A stretch of 64,000 nt of DNA, from NCBI GenBank assembly GCA_002269645.1, contig NIVC01000038.1, forward strand, positions 806,001 to 870,000. Direction: 5' to 3'. A model generated the notes under the pieces. It was not told the origin of the DNA, ran no database searches, and was given only the letters and a program-made list of their open reading frames with translations. Each line of letters opens with the position of its first letter. The first letter of the stretch is position 1. This document shows positions 28,142 through 38,070 of the stretch, in pieces. The stretch is from Macrostomum lignano. Its lineage: Eukaryota. The position numbers and the translations under genes were made by a program.

Positions 28142-30484
28142 TCAACGACTGGCCGCTTCGTCCCGCGTTCCGGTGAGCTGGTGAAACCGCTGCTCGTCCA
28201 GGCGCTGGCTTTTGTCCGACTGGCGAAGTCGGAGGAAAGCGGCGCCCCCCAGAAACTCGACCAGAGTTTTGCACAGGCCCAACCTCGAAGCCGCCCTGGC
28301 GACGTCATGCGGCTGCGGCACCAGCAGCAACTCGTGGGGCGGCCGGGCCAGCCTCACCTGCACGCTGAGCAGCTCCCAGTTGATGGTCCACGAGCAAATC
28401 TCTTCCAGTCGCCAAGCGCCAATCACCTGGCCTGTCGACGAATCCAGACGCATCAGCCGATTTGACGCCACGCCAATCAGCTCGACTTTGCCAGCAGTTT
28501 TCTCTCGTTTGAAGTCACTGAAGCTCACTACTGCCGGCCTCTCTGGCTGCGGTCCTACCGTGCATTGGACCAGGAAGTGGGCCACTCCGTGCATCGGCAA
28601 GCGTTGGCAGATGCTGATGTAGTCCAGTTTTGCGTCCAGCAGACCTCTGTCACGCACGTTGTCCAACCGGATCAGAATCTGCTCGCGCAGCCAGCTCTGC
28701 TTCCGGGCTTTCAGATGACGCTGGGCCAAGAAGTTCTCCGGATCGAAATCGATTGAAGGCTGGCCGTTTCTTTCTCGACTTCGCTGCTGCGGCTTCGGAG
28801 TTTGCAGCTCCATCTGGGCCAGCGTGGCGGACAACTCAGCCTCGAAGGCCGACCTGCTAGCTAGAGTTTTGCCGCTAGCCACCAGGGTTATGCCCGCGAT
28901 CCACTCGGCGTACTGATCTTTACCTTCGCAGCGTAGTAGGAGCTCCTGCATCGGGGCATCCAGTTCTTGACTGCCGGCGTCGCTAACAAACAAGTGAATG
29001 CCGAACTTCTGAGTAGTTGTGCTCACGTTAGCGTTCACCTCGGCGCTTCTTAGATTAAAGACTTCTTCTAGACGATTCCTGGCCTGATCAGAGTACATTT
29101 CCAGCGTTGTCTCGCCCAGAACAAAGTACTTCCGACGGTAGCCGCGTAGAGTGCTCTTTCGGGGCTTTAAGAACTTCAGGTAGCCAGCTAGTTCGGGCAT
29201 TTTGTCCAGACTCTGCTGCTGCTTCACCGGTTTAGACTTCTCCGGCTGTTCTTCAGGCACTGAGCTCAGTCTAGCGGGCGAAGCCAGGGTGAGAAAGTTG
29301 TCGGACATCAGCGAGGCTTCGAGTTCAGCGAGGGCGGCGTCGATTTCATCGTCATTGGAGCCGCTAGCATCGACACTTGGCGAAGCCTGTTTCGCTTTGC
29401 TGTCAGCTTCGTCCAGCAAGACACTGCCGCTTTTCGAAACGGGCGACTCGGCATGCGGCGATGCTGGCAGATCTGCTTGCAAGTAAATTTGAAGCTGAAG
29501 GGCAGCTAGAAGCAGGGCTTCTTCTTCGCTGCTCTCCAGTTCCTCAGATAGCAGCGACCATTTAGTCTGCTCGTAGATCTGGTTGATTCTCACCGAGTCG
29601 TACTTCACATTTAAATCGTAGAAGACGTGAAACTTGTAGCGCAACTGCAGCGAGTTGAGCTCGTTGGAGTTCGGCCGGACGCCCTGTTCCATCAGGGAGC
29701 GAGACGAGTCGAACCAGGCCTCGCTGGCAGCGGAAAGATTGGCCAGAGATTTTGACCGAATGACGCCTTTTTCGAGCAGAGCAGTTTGCAGCGGTATCCA
29801 AGGACTGTTGGCCAAGCTTGCCAGCTCGTCTCTCTGGAACCGCAGAGAGTTGAACGATGTTGGCGAGGCTTCGGGCGGGCCCAGGGAGCTGGGTGTCCGC
29901 GGAGACGAGCTGGTCCGACTTGTTTCGCTGAACTGGCGCGGCATTAGCGGATTGAAGTTGCCACTCCCGCTGCCGCCGTTCGACAGTTCCGGTTTGTCCG
30001 CCGACTTCCGGTTAGATCGTCGGAAGCTGCCGAATCGACTGCCGAGGGTGCCGTTGGATCCGGCAGAGCTTGCCATCAACAGATGCAGCGGACGCCGCAG
30101 CGACAGCTCTTCTGGGTGCCGGATGCCGAGCTCGCGGCACAGTCCGACTACGACGCCGAACACTGATTGAGAATAGTTTATTGTCATCTCGAGCTCCTGG
30201 AGGTCGGGCAGCTGCACTTTGGTCACATTGTGCATCCGGAGGAACTCCAGTCTGGAATCCGACTGCACGCCGATTTGATCCAAAGTTCGACGCGTCTTCA
30301 GCAGCCAGCGGTTTTCGTCTGGCCACCAGATCGCGTGGTCGGACCAGTCCATGCGAACCTCGATACTCTCGATCAGCTTCAGCATGACGCCGCCGATGTG
30401 CGTGTCGCCGCGGACTCGAATCCGCCGGGTTAGTTGCAGATCCTCGACAAGGATGCAGAGCTCCCAGCCTTCTTCCATTGCCAA
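28142..30484 (-). CDS. FERMT: Kindlin / fermitin family protein (780 aa, intronless)
   Basis: F0 WELCILV...HIGGVMLKLIE...DWSDHAIWW...WLLKTRRTLD; F1 ELGIRHPEELSL; F2 WFDSSRSLMEQGV, YDSVRINQIYEQ, DEIDAALAELE; inserted PH domain (KPRKSTLRGY); F3 ELIGVASNRLMRLD, INWE. Confidence 0.97.
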   Translation of the reverse strand: MAMEEGWELCILVEDLQLTRRIRVRGDTHIGGVMLKLIESIEVRMDWSDHAIWWPDENRWLLKTRRTLDQIGVQSDSRLEFLRMHNVTKVQLPDLQELEMTINYSQSVFGVVVGLCRELGIRHPEELSLRRPLHLLMASSAGSNGTLGSRFGSFRRSNRKSADKPELSNGGSGSGNFNPLMPRQFSETSRTSSSPRTPSSLGPPEASPTSFNSLRFQRDELASLANSPWIPLQTALLEKGVIRSKSLANLSAASEAWFDSSRSLMEQGVRPNSNELNSLQLRYKFHVFYDLNVKYDSVRINQIYEQTKWSLLSEELESSEEEALLLAALQLQIYLQADLPASPHAESPVSKSGSVLLDEADSKAKQASPSVDASGSNDDEIDAALAELEASLMSDNFLTLASPARLSSVPEEQPEKSKPVKQQQSLDKMPELAGYLKFLKPRKSTLRGYRRKYFVLGETTLEMYSDQARNRLEEVFNLRSAEVNANVSTTTQKFGIHLFVSDAGSQELDAPMQELLLRCEGKDQYAEWIAGITLVASGKTLASRSAFEAELSATLAQMELQTPKPQQRSRERNGQPSIDFDPENFLAQRHLKARKQSWLREQILIRLDNVRDRGLLDAKLDYISICQRLPMHGVAHFLVQCTVGPQPERPAVVSFSDFKREKTAGKVELIGVASNRLMRLDSSTGQVIGAWRLEEICSWTINWELLSVQVRLARPPHELLLVPQPHDVARAASRLGLCKTLVEFLGGAAFLRLRQSDKSQRLDEQRFHQLTGTRDEAASR

Positions 30485-31219
30485 TGGTGTAACAATAGTT
30501 CTTCCTTTGACTCAAGTTGAGAAGACCAGCGCTTTTATCAAACCTTAGAGTTTCATGCCAGTACGTGAGCTTATTATTGACGTTAAACGCGAGGTGCCTT
30601 TTTTATTAGAATTCCTTTAATGGCTTTATGCTAATAGCCACTCTGAGCAGTTGCCCTTCAACTCCGAGCAGACCTTTATATTGCGAAACAAAACAATGAA
30701 TGGAGCAGCGCGTGGGCAGCTGACTGGTTTGCTAGCCAAATAAATACGATTCTTCTGCCCTGGTACTAAAGCAAGACGAGTCTATTGCCACTCTCCTTTC
30801 TGCTCTCCCCGTCTATATCTGTTCTGTCGCAAAAGCTATTCACCTCCATTGCATTGCTGCCCAAAATGTGCGCTCTGCGGAGACCGCGGAGTGGCCCAAG
30901 TGCGCAGTGGAAACACAAACTAACCAATCCCAGAGGCTCTTGACACTTTTTTATCTCGCCCTGCCTGTCTGCTTCTCTCTTCCATGGTTTCCACTGGCCA
31001 GTGTGTCGGGTCTCTTATTAGTCTCGATATATTCTGGCGTCAATCCCGAGTCACTTCATGGGCGGCTTGCGTTCGATTGTATAATTTTTGCAACGAATCT
31101 CTGAAAAGCAGCTCGTGTCGTAAAAAATGTGGCCAATATTTTTAACCCACAAAATGCGCTCGTAGATTTGCATGTATAAAAAAACTGTACCATCGATAAG
31201 TGATGATATACGCTCGTAC

Positions 31220-32230
31220 GGGTCGCCATCACAAGCTCGAAAAATCACATCGTCGAAACAGGGCTCCATCACAAGCTCGAAAAGTCATAAGCTCGAAAAG
31301 TCACATCGTCGAAAACTGATTTAGCAACCACCATCACAAGCTCGAAAACTCACATCGTCGAAAAGTTTAGCAACCACCATCACAAGCTCGAAAACTCACA
31401 AGCTCGAAAAATCACATCGTCGAAAACTGATTTAGCAGCCGACATCACAAGCTCGAAAAGTCATAAGCTCGAAAAATCATATCGTCCAAGAGTTTAGCAA
31501 CCACCATCACAAGCTCGAAAAGTCACAAGCTCGAAAAATCACATCGTTGAAAACTGATTTAGCAGCCACCATCACAAGCTCGAAAAGTCATAAGCTCGAA
31601 AAATCATATCGTCGAAAAGTTTATCAAACATCATCACAAGCTCGAAAAGGCACAAGCTCTAACCCTAACCCTAACCCCAAGGCACTAACCCTAACCCTAA
31701 GGCACCAGTACCCTAGCCTAACCCTGAACCATAACCCTAACCCCAACCCTAACCTAACCCTAAACCCTAACTTAAAGGCACTAGTTCTAACCCCGACCCT
31801 AACCATAAACCCTAACCCTAAGGCACAAGTTCAACCCCAACCCTAAACTTAACCCTAAGCCCTAACCCTAAGGCACAAGCTCTAAACCCTAACCCTATTC
31901 AAGCTTGTGATGGTGGTTGCTAACCTTTTCGACGAGGTGATTTTTCGAGCTTATGACTTTTGGAGCTTGTGATGGTGGCTGCTAAATCAGTTTTCGACGA
32001 TGTGAGTTTTCGAGCTTGTGAGTTTTCGAGCTTGTGAGTTTTCGAGCTTGTGATGGTGGTTGCTAAATCAGTTTTCGACGATGTGAGTTTTCGAGCTTGT
32101 GAGTTTTCGAGCTTGTAATGGTGGTTGCTAAACTTTTCGACGATATGATTTTTCGAGCTTATGACTTTTCGAGCTTGTGACGGTGGATGCTTTTCGACGA
32201 TGTGATTTTTCGAGCTTGTGATGGGCCCCC
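31220..32230. mobile_element. Foldback (Mutator-like?) non-autonomous element with repeat-built inverted arms and a telomere-like core
   Basis: 33-bp perfect subterminal IR ccatcacaagctcgaaaaatcacatcgtcgaaa; GGG..CCC ends; flanks gctcgtac (31212-31219) and gctcttac (32231-32238) form an 8-bp TSD with 1 mismatch. Confidence 0.8.
31659..31896. repeat. Degenerate (TAACCC)n interstitial telomere-like repeat
   Basis: Multiple ctaacc(c) units at the centre of the foldback element. Confidence 0.9.
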
Positions 32231-33072
32231 GCTCTTACAAGCTACTAATACACTATTATACTATCTTGAAATTAAACAGAATTGCTCTGCTATTAACTAT
32301 ACTCTCTACTTAGAGTAGAAATACAACAGAGAACGTTAAATAAAAAAATCTTTAGGGAGTTCGAATAATTGCTATGTGGAACAATGGACACTGGAAAACA
32401 ATGGAAATTGACTCCGATTTTGTGTCCATGTGTCGGTGTTCAGATCCTTCTGCACTTAATTTGCTGTAATATCATTTTTTACAAATCAAATATTTTGTAT
32501 TTTTCAGTCACGAGGTCAATGTGCAACTCTCCAATTTAACATGGTGCAAAAGCATTGTATAATATGCAGACATGCCTGGTTTGGTACCTTGACAGGAAAA
32601 TCACGATGTTGGGGTGCCAGCTCGTCAGGCCCGCGTGGTGGCACTCCGTTGAAGGTCCCGAAGGTCGCTTGTATGTCTACAGGTCAACCTGGAGGGTCGC
32701 CATCGTCCATTTCATTCACCGATTATGTCTACTGACTGAATGCTGCATGCAGAAGAGGATTCTTTCATTTCAGTTTTGGAAACGCATGAGCCATCTCTGA
32801 GATGCCGATCGGGTGCTTTTGTTGAAGGTCCTGACGGTCGCCGCCGATGCTCCAGACAGTGATGAAAGGGACCCTGGTGCCTGGGATGCTGAGAAAAAGG
32901 CCTCTACGACTGATATGCATAGTTTGTTGAGCCGACGTGGTTTTATGATGGATTTTATCAGCAGAAAAAATTTGCCAATGTTGGTGGTTTTTTTCACCGG
33001 ACACCCCGAGAAGAATCGTTGAATATCTGGACGATGCCGATTTTTCGTGATTCTCAAAGTTGCTCTATCTCT

Positions 33073-33590
33073 AGGCAGATCCAGTGTTCATCTTTGATAT
33101 GTTGTGCCTTTCGTATTGCTCTATCGATATTCATAGAGCTTTTCGTTTAGAAAATTAGGATTCTCTGTTAATTTTTTATTCTACGAGTACGTACATTTCC
33201 TGTACCAAAAAATCATAAAAATGCAGGACACAACTCTAATCTCTCTTACAAATATTTGTTACACAGTCAGCTAAGAATGATAAAATAGACACAAAACCAA
33301 AGAGCCGAGCCGTGCCATTTCAATGTTTTTTAGGCACAAGACACGTGCAAATGTACGTAGAATAAAAAATCCACATAGACTCTAATTTTTTGAACGGAGA
33401 GCTTTATGAACATCGATAGAGCACTAAGAAAGGCACACCATATCAAAAAATGAAACACTGGATCTTCCTCCTATCAAAAGCAATAACAATTTTTGTGCTG
33501 AAAAAATGAAAACTTCCTATCTCCGTAGTGTATTTTTTCGGGAAAACCTAGCTGCCTTTTAAAATTTTCAAAGAAACCAGGTTTCCCCTC
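33073..33590. mobile_element. Second member of the 13.7-kb foldback MITE family (left arm truncated)
   Basis: Shares aaacactggatct.cctcctatc.aaagcaataacaatttt.gtgctg.aaaaatgaaaacttcctatctccgtagtgtatt with 13910-13990; 33075-33200 is inverted relative to 33352-33470. Confidence 0.8.
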
Positions 33591-33858
33591 CTTCTACTTT
33601 AAGTCGTCCTTGGCCACGACACATACATGTATAGCACGACAAAATTTATAATAAAATCGGCAAGATTCTGTTAACAATAAAATACCTACAGTATAACTAT
33701 TAATAGCTTTTAGTAACCTATACTTTTGAAAGCTTTAGTCTGTGTCATAATCCGTCTAAAATGGTGTCTAAATCTACTAAAAACTGACTGACGAACTCGT
33801 TAAAAGATATTCATTCTCAGCTTCATCAAGTTATAACTCAACAGTCGCACAAACCACA

Positions 33859-34290
33859 ATGAAGCAGCAGCAGCAGCAGCAGAAAAACAGCCCAAAAGAT
33901 GAGGCAGACCAGACTCTCGATCTGGTCTGCCTGCTCGACGCCCACCTACGAGCTAGCGGTCTGAAACGAGAGGTGAGTAGGTACATAGTCAGCGAGCTGA
34001 ACAACTGCTCCGAGCTGAAGGCGCGGATTCACGAGCAGACCAAGTTGCGCATGCAGATGCTGGACGTTGAGTCAGACTCAGCAGCCGAGAGGAACCACCT
34101 GGTGCGGGATATCTTTGAGGCTGTGCGGCCCCTGGTGCCCGATAGAATTCAGCTGCACGCGGCCGAGATGGTGAAGCCGGCGGCGACCGAGCTGCTGAAG
34201 AAGCGGAGGCTGGGAGCCGAAACTGGGCTGCAACGCGTCATCGATCAGAGGCTGAGTTCGACAAGGAGCAATTCGTTCCCTGAATTTTGA
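33859..34290 (+). CDS. Small alpha-helical protein (143 aa) of unknown function; weak ENY2/Sus1-like or BOD1/Shg1-like resemblance
   Basis: GC-rich single-exon ORF in AT-rich flanks; LRASGL and RPLVPDRIQ (cf. ENY2 RALVPDSVK); ETGLQRVIDQ (cf. BOD1 EAGVDRIISQ). Confidence 0.6.
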   Translation: MKQQQQQQKNSPKDEADQTLDLVCLLDAHLRASGLKREVSRYIVSELNNCSELKARIHEQTKLRMQMLDVESDSAAERNHLVRDIFEAVRPLVPDRIQLHAAEMVKPAATELLKKRRLGAETGLQRVIDQRLSSTRSNSFPEF

Positions 34291-34649
34291 ATCTCTTTGA
34301 GACGGAGTTTTTAGTCAGAAAAAAGACGTACAATTCTTCATTTTTTTAACTCAAATCTGAGCATATGGGCGACATTTCTATTTATTTAAACTGCACTGCA
34401 ATTTGAAAAAATAAATTTCTTTGACTATGCCTTTTTATTGTTTTTTTGCAAGGCATTTTTATTTTCATTGTTTGTCATTTATTAGAAAAACCCGTTTAAT
34501 TCTCAATCGAACGAGACTGAACCACTGCACAAGATGTAAACTTCTTATATATCTTAAATATCATGTGGTTTATTGATGAAAAAAGTAATACGCTGCAATC
34601 AGTGAGTTTAAAGGTATAAATCAACGTTCGCTTCACGTTACTTTTTTAG

Positions 34650-34960
34650 TTTAACTTTACTTTAACCAGTACCCCCCAGTTCTGCTCATTTCAGAAAGAC
34701 ACCTCAGCTCAGCCGCAGCCATTGCGCGGCGCATCTGAAGGCTGCGTACGGCTGTTCAGTCCAAGGACTGGGGGGTCGCCACACACACCCTCAATCATCC
34801 CAGCTAATGCTGGCACCCATTTTACAACTGGGTGAATTGAAGCAATGCATGAAATAAGTGTCCTGCTCAAGGACACAAATCGTTCTCATTGAGTCGAGAA
34901 TCGAACCCCCGACCTTTCAGTCGTAAGTCCGACGCTCTGACCACTAGGCTACAATCCACT
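34650..34960 (-). mobile_element. tRNA-derived SINE
   Basis: Minus-strand head gtagcctagtggtcagagc...gggttcgattc (A and B boxes), then the gtgtccttgagcaggacactt central motif and a short-repeat 3' tail (taaagtaaag). Confidence 0.75.
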
Positions 34961-35306
34961 TATAGGATGAATAAAGAAAACTAACAAAAACAGGTATCAG
35001 GTGCTATAAAAACAGCATCTCAGGTCTGCAGCAGCACCTCCCGCACCCGATGAGGGCAGTACGTACTGTACGTTGTTAACTGCATGCTTTACTGAAAGTA
35101 TAGCGACGGACAAACTATGATGTAGAAAGACAACATAGTGAAAAGACGTGTTACCTTTTTGAGTGGAAAAATTTCTAGACGAATCAGAGCAGCCCTCAAA
35201 AAGCTCCGCTTACAAAACTGACGCACAACAGCGAGAGCAGCTAACAAAACACAGAAGCGCTCCAGCTTCGGTGATTGCGATTTTTGAAAACTGGTGTTTT
35301 GAAAGC

Positions 35307-36309
35307 ATGAAGCAGGAATTTTTATTCGTTGCGCTAATGTGCGCCACAATTCACGGCTGCGATGCTCAAGAGAAAACAAAAGTGACGACGTTCAAACTAA
35401 TGAAAGAACGCTGCCTGAACTTTTCTTTGTCTGCTTGGCAGAAGTCTTCGCCCTCCGCCTCCCTGCTCGACTGCTTCGTGTCGAGTCGGTCGTTCCGTCT
35501 CGGCAGCGTCGGCGTGGTGCAGCGGAACAAGCGAGACGCCTCGTGCGCGCTGTTCCGCTTCGGTGAGGTGTGCCGCCTGCTCAACTTGACCTCCACGACA
35601 TCGACTTCGGGAGTGGCCGCTGAGAGCAGCTGCGAAACCCTGGTGGACTCGGAGTACGACGCGATCGCTGCGAACGAGCACTTCAGCGCTGTGTGGGTCG
35701 GAGACAGGGGACCGGCGCTGGAGAACCTGGTGTGCGGCTCCGAGGGACAGAGGAACCCCGTGAAGTCGCTCAATGTGACCTGGACGAGTGAGGGCGCTCG
35801 CATGGACGGAGTCTCGTCTCGGCTGTGGGTGGACGACCCCACAGGTCTGGACTTCACGGCGTCCTACACCTGGGTGCTGCACCTGAAGAGGACTCCCAAG
35901 AAGCAATGCTATTTGGAGTTGAGCAGCTGCAGCAATTTGGGCGGCAGCTTCGAGTACCGTGATCATTTCTGGGAGCTCAGCATGCTCTCGAACATCACGC
36001 GGTCCCTGAATCTGATGCCGGGCCAGCCACGCCGATTCCAAACCGGCTCTGTGCTGCCCATCGACCCGCAGCAATTTTTAATTTTAGGCGTTGTCTTTGA
36101 CCGAACGGCGAGTCAGTGCAGATTTTTCAGTGCACTCCATCGATTCGGAATTTGTCACCTATAATTTGTCCAGCTACAATACCACTGGTGCCTGCATTAA
36201 GATCGGCTGGCGCTACCCAAACTACGGCCTACTCGATGGGGTCATCAGGGCTGTGGCCGTGGCCAACACGGCTCTGGACGATGAGGCCGTTCGAAAGCTT
36301 TTTAATTAG
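35307..36309 (+). CDS. Secreted protein with an N-terminal Cys-containing PAN/apple-like region and a C-terminal LamG/concanavalin-A-like domain; one frameshift at the T-run 36123-36127
   Basis: Signal peptide MKQEFLFVALMCATIHGCDA; DFTASYTWVLHLK and FLILGVVFD; in the shifted frame IKIGW...LLDGVIRAVAVANTALDDEAVRKLF resembles the LamG_3 C-terminus (IG..F.G.ID.V.I...AL...EI..LY). Confidence 0.65.
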
Positions 36310-37509
36310 GCAGTCGATTTAAAAATACTTTGATTCAGACGAATGTGACCTTTGGCAAGTGAAAATTTGGAAATTTGTCTGGAATTCTGGCAAAGGCTCG
36401 GTCAATGCTCTTGATAAAAATATGTAATGCAGATTCTTTTTTGTGAACGTGCATGTATTAATGACCAAATATCTGGTTGAAAAGAACTTAATGTCCTATA
36501 TACTAAAAATGGTCTTTTGATCTAAATATATTCTAAGAGTACTTAAAGTGATATAAGGAATTCCCTTCTTATTTCTTTAAATTGTTTCGGTTTTGCATGC
36601 TTAAATTAGCTTAAATAAGAATAAGCAATAAATTGATAATAGTCTCTCACGCACGACAGGGGTCCTATCGAGAATGTTAATGGCATGAACAATTAAAAAT
36701 TCAATCTTATATACTTTACAAAACACATTTACAGCACACAAACTGTAAAATTTGTTTTATTGGTCTCTTTATTCTTCTTGCAATAAATGAAAGCGCGAAA
36801 TTCGGATGGACTATCAATTGGAGACACTGTTTTCAAACATTCGCAATTGTCAACTTGAGCCACCTGTTGGAGGTCCAGAAATTTGAGAAGTCATAGCTGA
36901 TGCAGACACATGCGGTCGACGTGCTGATGAAATTGGAAGGCCTGGGAAGGCTGCACTGAGTTGTATTGAATCAATTAGCGTCCATGGGAAAATTCCGACT
37001 TTCTGGGAGAATTGGGAGAGTTTTCTGGGAGCATTCCGTTTTCGTAGCTAGCCATCCCCCACAATGCATACTGGGAACCCACGCGTATTGCTGTTTGCTT
37101 TAATTAACTCCTTAATTAATTAATGAGAGACTTTGGCAGTTGAGCCAACAAGTCCAACAAAGGAAAGAACAATAGGTACAATGAGTAGGTAAGACGGCTT
37201 GGAGCCTGCTTGAAAAATTTATTTCTATTGTCTTAGCCCAACGTTGAGTTGAGTTGAATATAATGCACTATTTGTCTCAAAAACCATTGGTAAGTTTCCA
37301 AATAAAAAATAGAAAAAAGTGGGAAGCCAAAGTGGAACACTCGTTTTGCATGCATACGTTTTTTTCTTCCCAAATTCCAGAGAGACTTGTAGCTTAGTAC
37401 AATTTAAGTTCTGCTAAGGCAAGAGAGCTAGTCGACACGCACACAGGTATATTTTTAATTGGACAGGCTGCAACCCTAAAGAGGCGCCAATATTTAGTGT
37501 CTCTTGGTG

Positions 37510-37900
37510 GGTGTCAGTCAGTTAGTCAGTTAGTCAGTCAATCAGTAGTGAGTCAGTCAGTCAAAATTGAGCGCACTCAAAACCGAAGTTGAAATCACAG
37601 AATATACACAGAATGCCGATTCGAGAATTTATGTTTAAAAAATCGGTGCAAGAATTGAAATCACATCAGCCTACTCTTGTGAAGCGTTGTTGTGAAGCGT
37701 TGATAAGTAGGGCTTGAGTTTTTGCCATAGACTATTCCAAGAGCGATTTTTATTCTTTGCTTTCAAATGAAAATTAAGTTCAGTCTGAGCTAAGTTCAGT
37801 CAGTAGTGCACACGAATTTTAATTCGGCTTCATGGAAATCGCTCGATTTGGCATTCTGTGTATATTCTGTGGTTGAAGTGGTTATAAAGGTGTGCACTGA
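37510..37900. mobile_element. Probable MITE/Helentron-derived fragment with (GTCA)n and an internal inverted repeat
   Basis: cacagaatatacacagaatgcc (37596-37617) is the reverse complement of 37850-37871; adjacent (gtca)n tract. Confidence 0.4.
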
Positions 37901-38070
37901 GATTTTTTGTCTAAAATTTTTGTTGCAGACTTTTGTTTATGGTCGAAATGTTGGATTTTTTGCCTTAAGCTTTAATAGCAATACCTATAATTATGACTAA
38001 CTATAGCAGTATTTATCTATATATCTAACTAAATGAGTAATAGCTTAAAAAAGCTTTGATATTGCCAATC

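Noticed and set aside
28181-30548. Antisense and alternative-frame ORFs over kindlin (and similar ones over GT32, the LamG gene, ENaC and both pol genes)
   Set aside because: Shadow ORFs of GC-rich coding sequence with no independent motifs.
31659-31896. True telomere or chromosome-fusion site
   Set aside because: Short, degenerate, single orientation and enclosed by TIRs and a TSD of a foldback element.
34885-34955. Functional tRNA gene
   Set aside because: The anticodon and acceptor stems do not pair, and it continues into a SINE body. The same applies to 54640-54720.
35163-35306. Upstream start codons given by the ORF track (also 21652, 38056 and the 17440 start of ORF 16808..17440)
   Set aside because: Non-ATG or intronic extensions; the signal peptide, homology and splice sites support later starts.
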